Assembly (NCBI RefSeq): GCF_001186125.1
Contig: NW_014040097.1
Span: 22,704 to 61,071 of the forward strand
Source: Sphaeroforma arctica JP610
Lineage: Eukaryota
DNA length: 38,368 nt
Direction of reading: 5' to 3'
Part shown: one piece after another, positions 26,741 through 38,368 of the stretch
How positions within the stretch are numbered: the stretch's first letter is position 1
How the letters are laid out: every line of letters starts with the position of its first letter
Notes under the pieces: generated by a model
What the model saw: only the letters and a program-made list of their open reading frames with translations
What the model was told of the DNA's origin: nothing
Databases searched by the model: none
Translations under genes and position numbers: made by a program

Positions 26741-28599
26741 GCTCTCTCACTAGTCTGGTGTGCCCCGGGTGCTTTTCTTTAAAATGAAACGACCACTTGT
26801 ATCTACCATACTATAACATGTTTAACCCTGTATTAGAATCGGTAAATATATCTACGGATATAAAGGCCATTTGGCGTTGGGCAATGGGCAACATCAAAAT
26901 GAAAGTTATCAATTCTCAATCTCTCAAATAAAAGGGCAGTCCGTTATACCGATCAATACGGTGTCATCGATAAATATCACCTTGTTCCGTGAGCCATTAT
27001 CAGGCTCTTCGGTATGTAGAGGATTCAATAAAGTTCACTTATCACCGCAATACATACCCCACAATACACACTACATCGCATATCGGTGTACCTCATAGAC
27101 GCCCCCCAGCCACACACACACTACAATACAATAATAATGCACAATCAACCCAAATCAAATTTCACACGCAGCAAACGTATACAATCAAAAAAGATAGACT
27201 CGCAAAGGCTCAGAGCAGGCCTGATGGGGTAGTCATGGATACTTGTCTGACATGTCAGAGTGAGACTTCTGTGAACTGATAGAAAAACTTATCAGATAGG
27301 CGACAATCGTGCAAGACACTGATCGCATCCGAAAAGAATGCAAACGTGTGAGAATGCACCCAATCAAAGCCATCGAGGACCACGATTCCAAGAAGGAATA
27401 AAGTAATAAAAAGAGCTCGTGTAGCACAGTAGTTTAAACCTGTTCACGTAAAGCAATTAACCATCACCGACGAAAGCAAGGTGCAGGATATACACGAGAA
27501 ACTCTGAGCAGTTCGGTGGCTGGAGGCTAGTTTGATAAGCATGACAGTAGACATTGTGAATGTACACACTGAGAAAACGTCGTTTTAAAATGCAAAAGAT
27601 ACTACTTACACACTTTATTCTTTAACTTTAATTCCAATGAGACCACAGACTACACATAGACATACAAACTACTGGCAATGCACACATACGTTCAATACAT
27701 TAGTGGATTTAAGATCTTATCATACATGCATGGACCGCAGTGACAGTGGTAACTGAGCTAGCCCTGCCAGTCAAAGTACAAAACCAAAATATAATTTGAT
27801 GCACGAGCACAACGTGCAGGTTCAACGGAGATATATGATACGAACTACGGCGAACAAAAGCGTATAATTGCTTTGAGGTAATTCCGACCTCCCAAGCAAA
27901 ATAACTTATACCTTTAGGCATGAATATCTTACTGTATCTGCTCATTGTTTACCTAGCAAGAATAATCAATCTACTGGATCAACTGATGCCCAACGAAAAT
28001 AACTTCACTGACGCTGTACAACACCACATGGAGAAAGAAATTCAAACCCCGAGCAAGAAGGTTTTAGGGTTTAGAGCGTATCAGTCATTCACCTTATTTA
28101 CTACAGCATCAGTACTAGATGGTTTGGTTCGGTCATTCACCTTATTTACTGCAACACTGGAAAGTGTCGCGAGTCGTTTGATCTTAGTTCGAACTATAGA
28201 TCCGCTCCTGGGAAATTTTTCTGAACCCATACACGCTGGATCACCTCTCTTGAGCGAATTTCGCCGATCCTTCCGCACTAGACAATACTGATGGTTTGTA
28301 GTATCTACACAAGGTGAATGGCTTAATCAACCAAGTTAATACTAGATTTGTTGCTTTGTTTACTAGTTAATTACGCTATTTAATGGATACAAAATTGAAG
28401 AGATTGGTTGACTCAGTTATTCATCTACTTTACTACGGGACCAGTATCATCACAAATTTACCAGATACAAGATTCAAACTCGTGACCTTTATGGTTTTGT
28501 GGTAAAAAAGGTGAGAGACTACACATTTTACAGCAAGAAACCCTCTTTGATTTGTAGAAGTCATCAGAGTTAGCTCACTTTCCAGAGCTAACTAAGTTG

Positions 28600-28993
28600 C
28601 TTAAATTACTCCCGAAAGGTGAGTTAATATTTAGCCGACTCCCGAGAGCAGGTTTAGTTCCTCAACCGACTCCTAAGGGTGGGTACAGGATTAAGTCTAT
28701 CAATCGCAACATTCTAAAAATAGCTGTGGTTCTATGTGAGTCACAACTTATGCGAAAAGACATCATGTGCTCAGCGTGAGATTTAGTTGCAGAGAAGTCG
28801 AAATAGACCCGCTTCAAATTGTGAAAGTGCTCTGCAAAAGGTTTCTCATACTGAGCATATCATTTTTTTACCCTGGCCAGCCCAAGCTGCTGAACACTGG
28901 CACGAACACCTTAGATATAAAACCAAAGGTGAGATCGGAAATAAATACATACATTTGCACTTTATTTAAAGTCTACCACATTGCACTCTAACA
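28600..28993. mobile_element. LTR family B, copy 1 (left border uncertain)
   Basis: About 28820-28993 aligns by eye with about 31580-31774 (AAAGTG.TCTGCA.AAGGTTTCTCATACTGA.CATAT..., CCCAAG..G.TGAACACT.G, CCACATT.CACTCTAACA); both end in ...CTAACA. Confidence 0.65.
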
Positions 28994-30016
28994 ATGACTG
29001 AGCCAGTCAACCAGAGCAAAGTCATTTCACAAGGACACAAATGATAAGCTGATTAGTTTCGTTAATGAGGATTCGCTCCCACCCCCCACCGCCCCCCCCC
29101 AGCTTTATGCATGTTCATAAATGTCAGTATGCGATATCCTTCAAAACTTGATCTTGTATGCGTACACAAAGTACAGTAACTTTCTCAAACGGCATAGACT
29201 GTAATTTTTGTTCACGTCTAATGGTGTCTTAGAACCTGCTTGTTTTTGTAAAGCCTATCTGTGAAAGCCCATTGGTATATGAATCTGATCTAACTCATGT
29301 ACAAATCGCGCATTCTTATCCCACACAGTCCAATATAAATGCATGTAGCTGTATCTTTTGCTCCTTGTGGTTTTAGTCGGCTATTCGTTGAGCGCCCGTT
29401 TGTCTTATGTCATTGAGCATGTTTTTATAGTCTTTCGCATTAGATGTACGAATTAGGCCCTGTAACGCGTGTGTGTCTTATATGCGTCCCTCCGCTTCTG
29501 CTTGTATCATTCATTGAAAACGATGAAAGACTTGCATTCTCATCCATGCCGCTATAAACTCAGTGATACAAATATATGTAGACTTTGGTAGCTTGCAGCG
29601 ATTTAAAGCCTGCGAGTTTTTTTAACTATCGATCGTGATGAACAGGAAAGTGTTTGCAATATGTGTTAGCAGCATCCTGACAATGCTCCTTCATCTCTTC
29701 CGGTTAACATGGACGAGGCGGCGTTGTAGCTTGTCACGAAATAAGTTCGATCTGCTTCACATTAATTAGGACATGGTTGCCGGGAAGATTTTATCGTTCT
29801 ACGGAAAGCATCAGAAGAACACTTTGCCGACGACAACACTTTTGCGGAGTGTCCATTCCAAAAAGCAAATCCGCTGGTTCTAAATAAATTCTGTCAGGGT
29901 ATTTCACCATAGATGCTCGCTCCTGAGTATTACTAGGGCCAGTAAATTCTTCCAGCATCTCATCAAGTGTCGGATTTTTTTGTACTCTACTCTGAGTCCT
30001 GCGGGTAACGTTCACA

Positions 30017-30125
30017 TTATCGTAGGGATAATACTATTTATTTCAAAAAGATAAGTTACAATGTATGTTCAAAAAAGATAGGTTACAATGTATGTTTCAA
30101 AAAAGATAAGTTACTTATCGTAGGG
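30017..30125. repeat. About three 27-28 bp tandem units bracketed by 11-bp direct repeats TTATCGTAGGG
   Basis: TTATCGTAGGG at 30017-30027 and 30115-30125; the interior repeats TTCAAAAA(A)GATA(A/G)GTTAC(AATGTATG). Confidence 0.8.
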
Positions 30126-30619
30126 TGTCACTAAAGGTATAGACTTCGTGCGGCCAATTCTGCACTTCGCTGGCCGATTTACTTCATGCCGTCAATTTCG
30201 CTGTTAGGTACACGGCCAGTTGGTGTTGTCCGTGCCTGTGATCAGTATTAAGGAGGTCAATGTGATTGCGATGGTGGTGCTACCTGTTGCATAGAGTAGT
30301 TATACTCGGATGCCGTCTAGACCGTCTCATTGTCGGACATCGATCCATCGTCCGCCGTTGAAGCACATGAGTTAACTGAAGAATCTCCGTGACCTCCTGT
30401 ACATGCGTCGGCATTCCCAAGTGATCATCCCAATCAGCGCTATTCAATGTAGAAATCGAGTGTTGGGCTTCAAAAACTAACCGAGTCAGCGTAACGTGGA
30501 TCTTTGCATTAACTTCTTCCTCATGCCTTATCACAGATCAAAGGCAGTTGACAATGAACTCCAAACAGTCGCTTCCATAGTCGCTCACATGCTTTCTTGC
30601 CCACCTCAGGTATAGATAT

Positions 30620-30929
30620 TATAGCATCTAAGGACCAGAGTATCAAAAAGCCAATCCGAACCCCAAAACCACAGCATCATCAAATATTCAGTTTTGGGTC
30701 CGGATTCAAATATTATTGATATTACAGTCACCAAAAATATTACCGGTAGAACCGTTAAGCTAAACCGGGACCCCGCATGTGAAAGAAACGCTCAAGTAGA
30801 AACCCGAGTCTAGCGAAGTAGAAAACATAAATAAAGACTCAGTCTTTTCCTAGTAGAGATAACCGTACTGGATAAGATGTCTGTCGTTTCTTTTGGCCGT
30901 ACCGTTCCAGCCAATCTCTACACTCTACA
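30620..30929 (+). mobile_element. LTR family A, copy 1 (about 310 bp)
   Basis: Starts TATAGCATCTA (copies 2 and 3 start TGTAG.ATCTAG) and ends CTACA; shares GGGTCCGGAT, ACCGGGACCCCGC.TGTGA and TTTTGG.CGTA blocks with 32658-32958; contains AATAAA. Confidence 0.7.
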
Positions 30930-32657
30930 CACACAGCTTACATTATTTGACAAAATATGCAGGAATCACCATATTTTGATCAAAAACAGGCACACCCAGC
31001 TATAAAAATCTCGGCGGTATAAGCCACTGAAGAAATCAGAAGAGCAAGACACAGTCCCATACGATGACAGAGCGACTCTTATAGTACAATGCCACACAGT
31101 GGGGCACTATATTGTTAAAGCATTGATGAACAAACTTTAATTAGACGGTCACATATGGTCTCTGTTCGTACAAATAGGCTACAATCTGCGTTCATAGGAA
31201 GACATAAATCACCTCCACTCAATGCGTACTCTGGACGTAGACAAACCCAACCAACAGATTACAATACATCAGTAAACCCACCGGGTACAGTAGTATCATG
31301 GGTGAGAGACTACAGAAGTAGACATATTTCTATATACGTTGATAACGTTTTACGTCACGTCGTCAGCCCGAGAGCAATTTGGGACTCGTTCTCAAATTAA
31401 ATTAATATACGTATAGGTGGGTCAGCCCGAAAGAACGTAAGAGTAATTTGATACTTCTTCTCAGATTATTCTATTATATGACACGGGCCACCGGCCACCG
31501 GCTAGCCGAGAGCCGAGGTCCGAGACTGAGTGTAGTAACAGAGAATATGATATATTCAGTTCTAGAAAATAAATTCGAGTGCTAAAGTGTTCTGCATAAG
31601 GTTTCTCATACTGATCATATGAGTTTTTACCCTGCCTAACCCAAGTGGTTGAACACTAGTACAAACACCATCAGGATATAATTGAGGGTGAGTTCATAAA
31701 CAAATTCATTCGAACGCACTATTTTTTAGAAACACTAGCACTTCACTTATAGTCCCCCACATTCCACTCTAACAATAGGAAACGCGACTGAAAAATCTAG
31801 AATAGTTGTATCCGACCACAACTAGACACTAATGTGGCGCAATACTGGTAAAACATGCGCGCAGCAAATCATCGTAAATACCAAGAGAAGTATGTACACT
31901 TACAGGAACGGGATATTATAATGGTTCGCTACCAAGGTGATATGAATAAAATGGGCAGCGGGTATTTATTTGCAGCTTGATGGAAAGCCCCAGAATATCC
32001 TAACTCCGCATATGATGAACTAATCGGGATCGTAAAGAAGGCCAGTGCCCAACAGTCAAAAACAACCAACTGAAGAGGCACGATTCTCATCGATATTAAA
32101 CCATCGGTCATCTAACCCAGGCGATAGATCCCAGGAGTACCTACTACGTGACCGATGTAGCAGACTTCGATATTCTTGTGCTTTACCGACAGCATATCCG
32201 ATGCAACAAAGGCAAACCAGGCCGACGAAGCAATAGCAACGAGTACGGATGAACGATCCTCGAGCTACAGAAAGCGCACAAGACGGGAATTTGACCAAGT
32301 TTCACTGATACCGAGGGACACTCTCTTTTCTTACCTTGAAACATGCTCTGTCTGCAGTTCAGAGGGATAAAGACAAAACACCCCGTTGTAGAGCCACCGC
32401 TGAGAAGCATTTTCTAGAACCAAATTGATATCAACCGAGAGCACATATCACGACAGATTCCGATGAGCATGGTTGAGAACTTTCATAATAGATTAATAAG
32501 TAATACGTCATAATATGTGATGGTGGCAGGATATTCCATCTAACCCCCTGTGGGACAAGGTTTTCCTTGTACTAAAACACCAACTTCAAGAAGTCATAGT
32601 ACCATAAGATGACACTTTCCACTACTACACAGGTTCAGGAGCGCAAAGTTGGGATGC
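30930..32657 (+). mobile_element. Internally deleted Ty3/Gypsy (chromovirus-like) remnant G3: integrase zinc-binding start, integrase C-terminus, chromodomain, putative Dam-like MTase fragment
   Basis: VPYDDRATLIVQCHTVGHY (31054-31110; HHCC N-half), HLQERDIIMVRYQGDMNKM (about 31895-31955; integrase C-terminal), EEARFSSILNHR..QEYLLR (32072-32149; chromodomain-like), NPLWDKVFLVLKH..VIVP (32542-32604). Lies between two family-A LTRs; interrupted by stops and deletions. Confidence 0.6.
31113..31774. mobile_element. LTR family B, copy 2 (about 660 bp, solo-LTR-like) interrupting the G3 integrase
   Basis: Termini TGTTA...TAACA form a perfect 5-bp inverted repeat; the right part matches 28820-28993; it begins right after the integrase GHY codons. 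No target-site duplication seen. Confidence 0.6.
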
Positions 32658-32958
32658 TGTAGTATCTAGGTACCAGATTGTCAAAACCCCAATTCAAAAC
32701 CGCAAAACGCAGTATTATCAAATACTGAGGTTTGGGGTCCGGATCCAAAATTCTAGTTATTGGTCATCAGATATATAGCGGATAACTGGTAAATGATACC
32801 GGGACCCCGCGTGTGAGAGAAAAACTTAAAATATAATTTGAACCTAATGAAAAAAACACAAAGCGAAGCCTAGGACTTTACATAATTGAGAGATTCGCAC
32901 TTGAGAAAGTCTATTGTTTATTTTGGTCGTATCATATCAGTCACTCTCAAATTCTACA
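32658..32958 (+). mobile_element. LTR family A, copy 2 (about 300 bp)
   Basis: TGTAG...CTACA inverted termini; collinear similarity to 30620-30929 and 34796-34890. Confidence 0.75.
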
Positions 32959-32963
32959 AAAAG

Positions 32964-34740
32964 CTTAATAGCCCATTAATACGATGTAGGTGAAAGCTAT
33001 GAGTTGGCGGTGGCTTATTCATTGGGCTCATATCTAAGCATACTCTGATCTTAAGCGAACAGTCAAAGTTATATTGATCTACTGCTAGTAGAGCTAGGTT
33101 AACAGGGGTTTGTTGGTATTAGTTTAAATACCGAATCGGCTAACTACTTCTCTCCTCGTTCCTTTACTACAGCCTCGTGTCTCCAAGATACACAGCTTCT
33201 CGAAGGACATTTCAGCTTGGTAAATTCTGCCTTAATTAAGTTAAGGCCGACATATCCGTCGTTTAAAGTGAAACTTTGCCCAGTCAGTGAACTAAATTTT
33301 CTTGTTTACGAGTTTAAAGGTCATCTGCAAAGTCAGGTACCAATTCCTTACTTGTTTATGAGGGAGGTGTACAATGTTTCAGCTAATTATTGTTTGATTG
33401 ATTATGTAAAGGACCAATATTATTTGGTAGTCCGCTTACCGTTTTACCTAACGGATGTAGGTCACTCATTCCGACGATAATATCGTACTTTTGTGACATA
33501 CCTTGCGTTGTGATATGCGATCGTCTGCCAGGGAATTTTAACATCTGTGGCTATAATGTCGCTCTCTGAGCTTTTCTTAACTGTTAATAAAAGATGGAGT
33601 TGCTTGTGTTTTACGTTCGATATTTCGCATTAAAGAAACCGATTGAACATACACGATATCTCATAACCAAAACCGATCAATGCAAGAACTTTATTTTTAT
33701 TGCAGTATACGGGAATAACTATCGCTCGTCTAATGAGTCGTTATATTTGCATTGTAGGGATTGAACCAGGTAATATTTTCATGCCAGCATAAAGTCTGGT
33801 TTACTGCCACAGCCTTCGGCATAGTAACCGTTACTCATCTCACACTTCTAACAAACGTTAAGGAAGCGTGTACAAGTCGAAGCATATCTCCTGCTTCAGT
33901 AGCCATTACTACAGGTCCTAGCCGGATTTATCGTCTGCACACTCCTCGACCTGATTATAAGCTGCCTCTTTGGCAGCTCGCAGCTTCTTAGCGTGTCAGT
34001 GAACTGTATGGCTTTACGTGGACGTACGTGAACTTTTTTGAGAGGGTTGTCTCGTGACATATCCTTGGCCGGATTGTTCTCGTGGTTTCTTAGCAACCAC
34101 CTCCTATTTAGAGGCTACCCGATTCTTCGGGTAAATCTCCGAGACAATCTTGTAAAACTGTTCTCATCGTAGGCGAGTCAGACGAACCTTCTTTTCGTTA
34201 CCTTGGTCGCGTAGTTCGTTAGCATACTTTTGTTTCAGCTCTATATAGAGCTTTCCCGATGCCCATACAAAACACGTGCATCGCTAGAAACTGTTGCCAT
34301 CTTGGTCTATCATCCCCAGTAATATCAGGTCTCACCAGGTCGTTATCAAACTTCAAAATATAGCTCAAGATAGTGGTGCTGGGCACCGGACGTGCTTATA
34401 CTGAGAACATGCCCAGATTACGTATATCCTGACTCAAGAGGGATGCTACTAGCCAGCATACTTCTGGTCAGCTACAGCATCACTCGATATCGTCCATGTG
34501 CTTGTATAGGATCCGACAGTTGGTACCTTCAGAATTGACCGACTGCTTTAATGCAGAAATCCATTGCTTGTAAGCAGCTTCGGTTGACTCGCGGTAAATA
34601 CATTGTGAAATATGAAAGCAGCCGCGAAGATGCGACCATGCAAAACAATAGACTTCTTCTCGTGTACGTTTCTCTCATCTAGGAAAAGTCCTGATCTGAG
34701 AGAAGCGCACTGAGTCGTATTTATTTCCAATTTAAGAGAC
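32964..34740 (-). mobile_element. Decayed Ty3/Gypsy remnant G2: gag (zinc knuckle), aspartic protease, start of reverse transcriptase
   Basis: Minus-strand fragments: C*KCEMSNGYYAEGC (decayed CCHC, about 33810-33855), IVIPVYCNKNKVLALIGFG (protease active-site context, DSG lost, about 33665-33725), KYDIIVGMSDLHPLG (about 33445-33490), KIRVCLDMSPMNK..SFHLHRINGLL (RT N-terminal motif, about 32965-33052). Many stops and frameshifts. Confidence 0.7.
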
Positions 34741-34795
34741 AGATTTTCGCTCGAGTTTTTATATCACGTGGGATCCTCTGGGTAGGTAACCTGTG

Positions 34796-34935
34796 TGTAG
34801 CATCTAGACACCAGATTATCAGAAAGCAATCACAAACTCAAAAACCACAGGATTATTAAATACCTAGTTTTGAGTCCGGAACCGAAACTCTTCATATTAG
34901 AGTTGTTTAAAATTGAAATAGAATTTGCAATAACA
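34796..34935 (+). mobile_element. LTR family A, copy 3 (short, about 140 bp), abutting and truncating the G1 MTase-like domain
   Basis: TGTAGCATCTAGACACCAGATTATC..AAAACCACAG..TTTTGAGTCCGGA matches the start of copies 1 and 2; ends TAACA; flanks CTGTG/CTGTT resemble a 5-bp TSD with one mismatch (tentative). Confidence 0.6.
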
Positions 34936-37900
34936 CTGTTTTTTTTTTGTGCAGTATTTATCTGTATGTGCATTATTTGCCGATACAAACATATCTACTG
35001 TGAATTTACCAAACCGTCGTTCAGCATCTTTGTAGAGCATGGGATGTAGTTTCCAGTCTATAGATGATATGGTCATTGGTATATTAGTTTCAAGGTGGCG
35101 CACTCTTGACTGTTGTGTGTTGTTTAATTCGCGTCCTATAATACCTCCGACATTTTGGTGATAAATGTATATTCATGTAGACGCGACAACATATCTGCCC
35201 TTTAGTTGTCTTTGCCAGGGACATGTGCTTTGGAGAAGTGGTGTTGGAATATTTTTGTTATTCATTTTGCTAGCATTGGGTGTAACTGTTCATTTGTGTG
35301 AGCACTTTATGATCCGTCCAAAGTGTTATGTCTCTTCCTCCGATGTATTCTATGTAGCAGTTCGGGTTTTGCGCCATATCGTTGCTAGGCTGGGTTCAAG
35401 CCGCTAGAGTAGTAGATAATGTCTTTTCTTGCTCTATCCGCGACTTGAAATAAGCATTCCCTAAGCCATAGTCTCTGGCATCGTTTATGATTTGAAACCG
35501 TACCTCATCAACTGAGCATGCATGTGTCGCCGAACATGTGATGGACTCTTTGGATATTTTCCAATTCTTTTTCAGTTCCATGGTCCATAACATAAGAGAT
35601 GTTTTGATTCATTTTGCCTTTCATTAGATTGCGGAAATGATTAGTGGTGTAAGTAAAGTAGGGAACATGGTCAAGCATATAATTTGGGGGTCTCACTGCT
35701 CTGTGTGGGTATCTTTTAATTCTGGGTAGTGTCTAGTCTATCTTTCCTTTCTGGTTTTCAGGACCTGCTTTCAGTTATTGTGTATTGACTTTAACCCCTA
35801 GAATGTTGACTACTTTGACCACGGATGCACATTTGCTGTGAGTGAGTCGGAAGTTCGCTCCGTTCAATTTTTGGATGTCTTCACGTACTGTCTTGCGACC
35901 TTCTTTTTCTGTGAGATTTGTTATGACTATGTAATCCGCGTACATCTGTTTTCTTTTAATTTGTATGAACAAGTGTGCCTTGACTCTCTGGAATTGTGTT
36001 GTGAGTGAGTGAAGGCCGAATGACGCTGACTTACATAAGTATTACGCTGCCCTCTATGAGAATATGAAGAAGTATTTATTTACTTCATCTACTAGAAAAA
36101 TGGTGGAATCCACCTGTGATATATAATTTGAGAAATGTTGTGCCCCTTGTAGGTTGTCTATTACTTCTTTTGCTTTTGGTATCACAAATTTGTCTTGCTC
36201 ATTTTGATAAAAGATCTCTCGCAAGCCTAAACACATTCGTGATTTTCTAGGAGACCTGTTTGATCGTGTTCACCTGTAGATAATGGTGGCAGGTTCACAG
36301 GTTCACGTTTGATTGTGGTGTAGGTTGGTATATCTTTGGAGCCCGATAGGTTACAATGTACATCAAAAAGCACGTTTGCATTGGTTTATAAGAGGTCTGC
36401 AAGTGATTATTTAAACCCTTGTTGTTCGTGCTCAGGGTTTCTTCGTTCGGAGGGAATAGTGATTCCAATTTTGTATCTGTTGGTATAAGTAAACTTATTC
36501 GTCCCGCTATATATATATATACCTAGGTATGGAAGAATATCGATACCTAGAAGTAATGGTGACTTTTGTTGGTAGGTACAATATTTCGAAACACTATGAG
36601 GTTTCCCGTCTTCTATAGCTAATATCACATGCTTCAGTTGACCGTGTTCTTTGTGTTAACACCGGTGTTACCCTGCAATAGGGACAAGCTCTTGCTTTGC
36701 ACGCCAATTTTTCTCTTGGGGTTGCTGTCCTATTGCAGTGGGTTCTCTTGGTGCACCATTTTCTGTTCTGCGACGTTTTGGGCTGGCGGTATATATGTGC
36801 TTGGCTGCGTGTGGCCGTGTTTGTTATAGTGCAAGTGGTATCTCTTACTCTCTTTGAAAATTTGGCCCGCCTGTACTTTGGCTGCAGCTCGTATGGATGC
36901 TTCTGTAAGAGAACAAAACACATTTTGCTTTATGTCTAAAAGTGACCGTCACTTCCATCAGGCAGTTTTTCCGCTTTGATGATTGTCCATAGTACGTGAG
37001 TGATTTGTATCGTGCTACTGTGAGGGATTGCATATAGATTGATCCCTTATCTGTGTTTATGTATCGATTCTATAATATGTTCGTTTTTTCACGTATGGCC
37101 TCTGCTCGCTACTATATTCAATGTTTTATTCTTCATGTTATTGAAAAACTTCTTTTGCAGATGGTCTACAAGATAATATCATGGTCTACCGATTTTGATT
37201 ATTGAATTGGTCTGTATCGGTGTGGCGTTTTGTGATACGAGTTTCTATGTTACGTATCTCATTGACAAGCCCATTAGTAATCTCACGAGTGCTGGGCACT
37301 GACCAAGAGGCACGGACTTAGCTAAGAACAGGTATATGCATTGCGTAGTAAACTCTATATTGTCTTCACAATTTTCCATTTTAGAAACTATCTTTCGATA
37401 ACTTCGGAAATTCTGATATCTTGAGTAATGCAAATAACACTGGTTCATCATTCTCACCACCTCCGTGTGATGATCTCTAGCTCACTAATGTATTGCCTAA
37501 TCATGATTCCATTCTTCCAATTTGGTTACCACATGCAGATCATGTTTCTTCTTGAGCTCTGTATCTAACAGTGGCATGCGACGCTCAGATTGTTGATAAT
37601 GAATGCCTACTTGCATTTCGTGCAGACCATTATGGCCACATGTTCGGTTGACTCTAACTTGGATATAAACCTGCTAACCATGATGTATTTACCGTGGCAT
37701 ACTTATGCCAATCTTTAAACTAATTACTGATGCCTGGATTGGTACTCCATTAGGTGTCGGTAGACTCGGGCTCCTATTTGGGGTTGGAACACCCGTCAGG
37801 CTGTCATCCATGCCTTGGATGGTGGTGGCCTCACTTTACCCATCGTACACTACTACTCGAGTTACTGTCCTGGTTGTTGTTGCTTGTGGTTTCTCTTCCG

Positions 37901-38368
37901 TTTAAAGTGTTTATCTGTGTGTATTGATCGGCAACTTGGTGTCGTCCCTCCTGTGATTGGATATAAATTTTCTTGTGTTTGCCAGACTTATTTTGTCATA
38001 ACTAGCCTTTTTTTTATCGTGTGTGATATAAGTCCTATTAGGCCATATGTGGGTTAGCCTGACCTTGTTTTCTCATATGCGATTTTGGTCTTGATGAGTC
38101 ATCTGTAATTTCTTTTCGATATGTTTTTTCCTATAGGTGTCCATCACTTTTTATTGCTATATTTTATGATGGGATATTTGACTTGTTAATGTTTCTTTTG
38201 TGTGTGTAGAACTAATTGTTCTGCTTGTACGCTGTTCTGTTCTATTGTGTATATTACTGTCTTGTGTATCACGTTTGTGAACTAACTGTTCGTCATGTAC
38301 ATGTACATTTCTCGGGTTGTGTGGAACCAATTGTTCTTCTTATACACTTCACAAGTTTTGATTTTCTC
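34936..38368 (-). mobile_element. Decayed Ty3/Gypsy remnant G1: (gag-like) - protease - RT - RNase H - Dam-like methyltransferase N-half
   Basis: Minus-strand, frameshifted motifs in order: LLLGIDILPYLGI (protease C-end, about 36520-36560); RMCLGLR..DKFVIPKAKEVIDNLQGAQHFS, KLYITGGFHH, SFGLHSLTTQFQRV, MYADYIVI (decayed YxDD), KC..VNILG (RT, about 35780-36240); FQIINDARDYGLG, YIGGRDITLWTDHKVL, HVPGKDN*RADMLSR (RNase H, about 35180-35500); DWKLHP..GKFTVDMFVSANN..KYC (about 34945-35060). 36900-38368 is A-rich on minus with no clear motifs. Confidence 0.85.

Noticed and set aside
28062..28074. TTTTAGGGTTTAG telomere-like word (also CTAACCCTTAG at 4741)
   Set aside because: Fewer than two full units; no array.
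28084..28150. Two exact 19-bp repeats GTCATTCACCTTATTTACT with a 29-bp spacer (CRISPR-like spacing)
   Set aside because: Only two units, eukaryotic context, no cas genes; best read as an internal TE repeat.
29200..30600. Stop-riddled minus-strand coding-like fragments (ORFs 29791-30015 and 30280-30534)
   Set aside because: Probably more TE debris, but no motif I could assign.
36345..36370. GATAGGTTACAATGTA identical to part of the tandem unit at 30077-30092
   Set aside because: A single 16-bp AT-rich match in 38 kb is plausible by chance, and it lies inside Gypsy coding sequence.

Overview
Eukaryotic, intron-rich genomic DNA (GT-AG introns, long (TA)n/(TG)n tracts, two N gaps). The PICK1-like gene suggests a holozoan, possibly a unicellular ichthyosporean-like one (inference only). 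The gene-dense left part (1-26.1 kb) holds four genes: MCM7, split in reversed order (3' exons at 161-3129, 5' exons at 6954-10356, joining exactly in frame, with a 1-nt frameshift in one 5' exon); a nearly intronless RlmN/Cfr-family radical SAM RNA methyltransferase with a hydrophobic C-terminal tail (minus); a PDZ+BAR PICK1 homolog (plus); and ATAD5/Elg1 (minus). The right part (about 26.8-38.4 kb) is a cluster of decayed, nested Ty3/Gypsy LTR retrotransposons and LTR copies. Two of these Gypsy remnants appear to carry a Dam-like N6-adenine DNA methyltransferase domain, one after RNase H and one after an integrase chromodomain. That and the permuted MCM7 (possibly an assembly or duplication effect) are the most notable signals. 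All homology calls come from manual motif reading against recalled family consensus; no database search was run.
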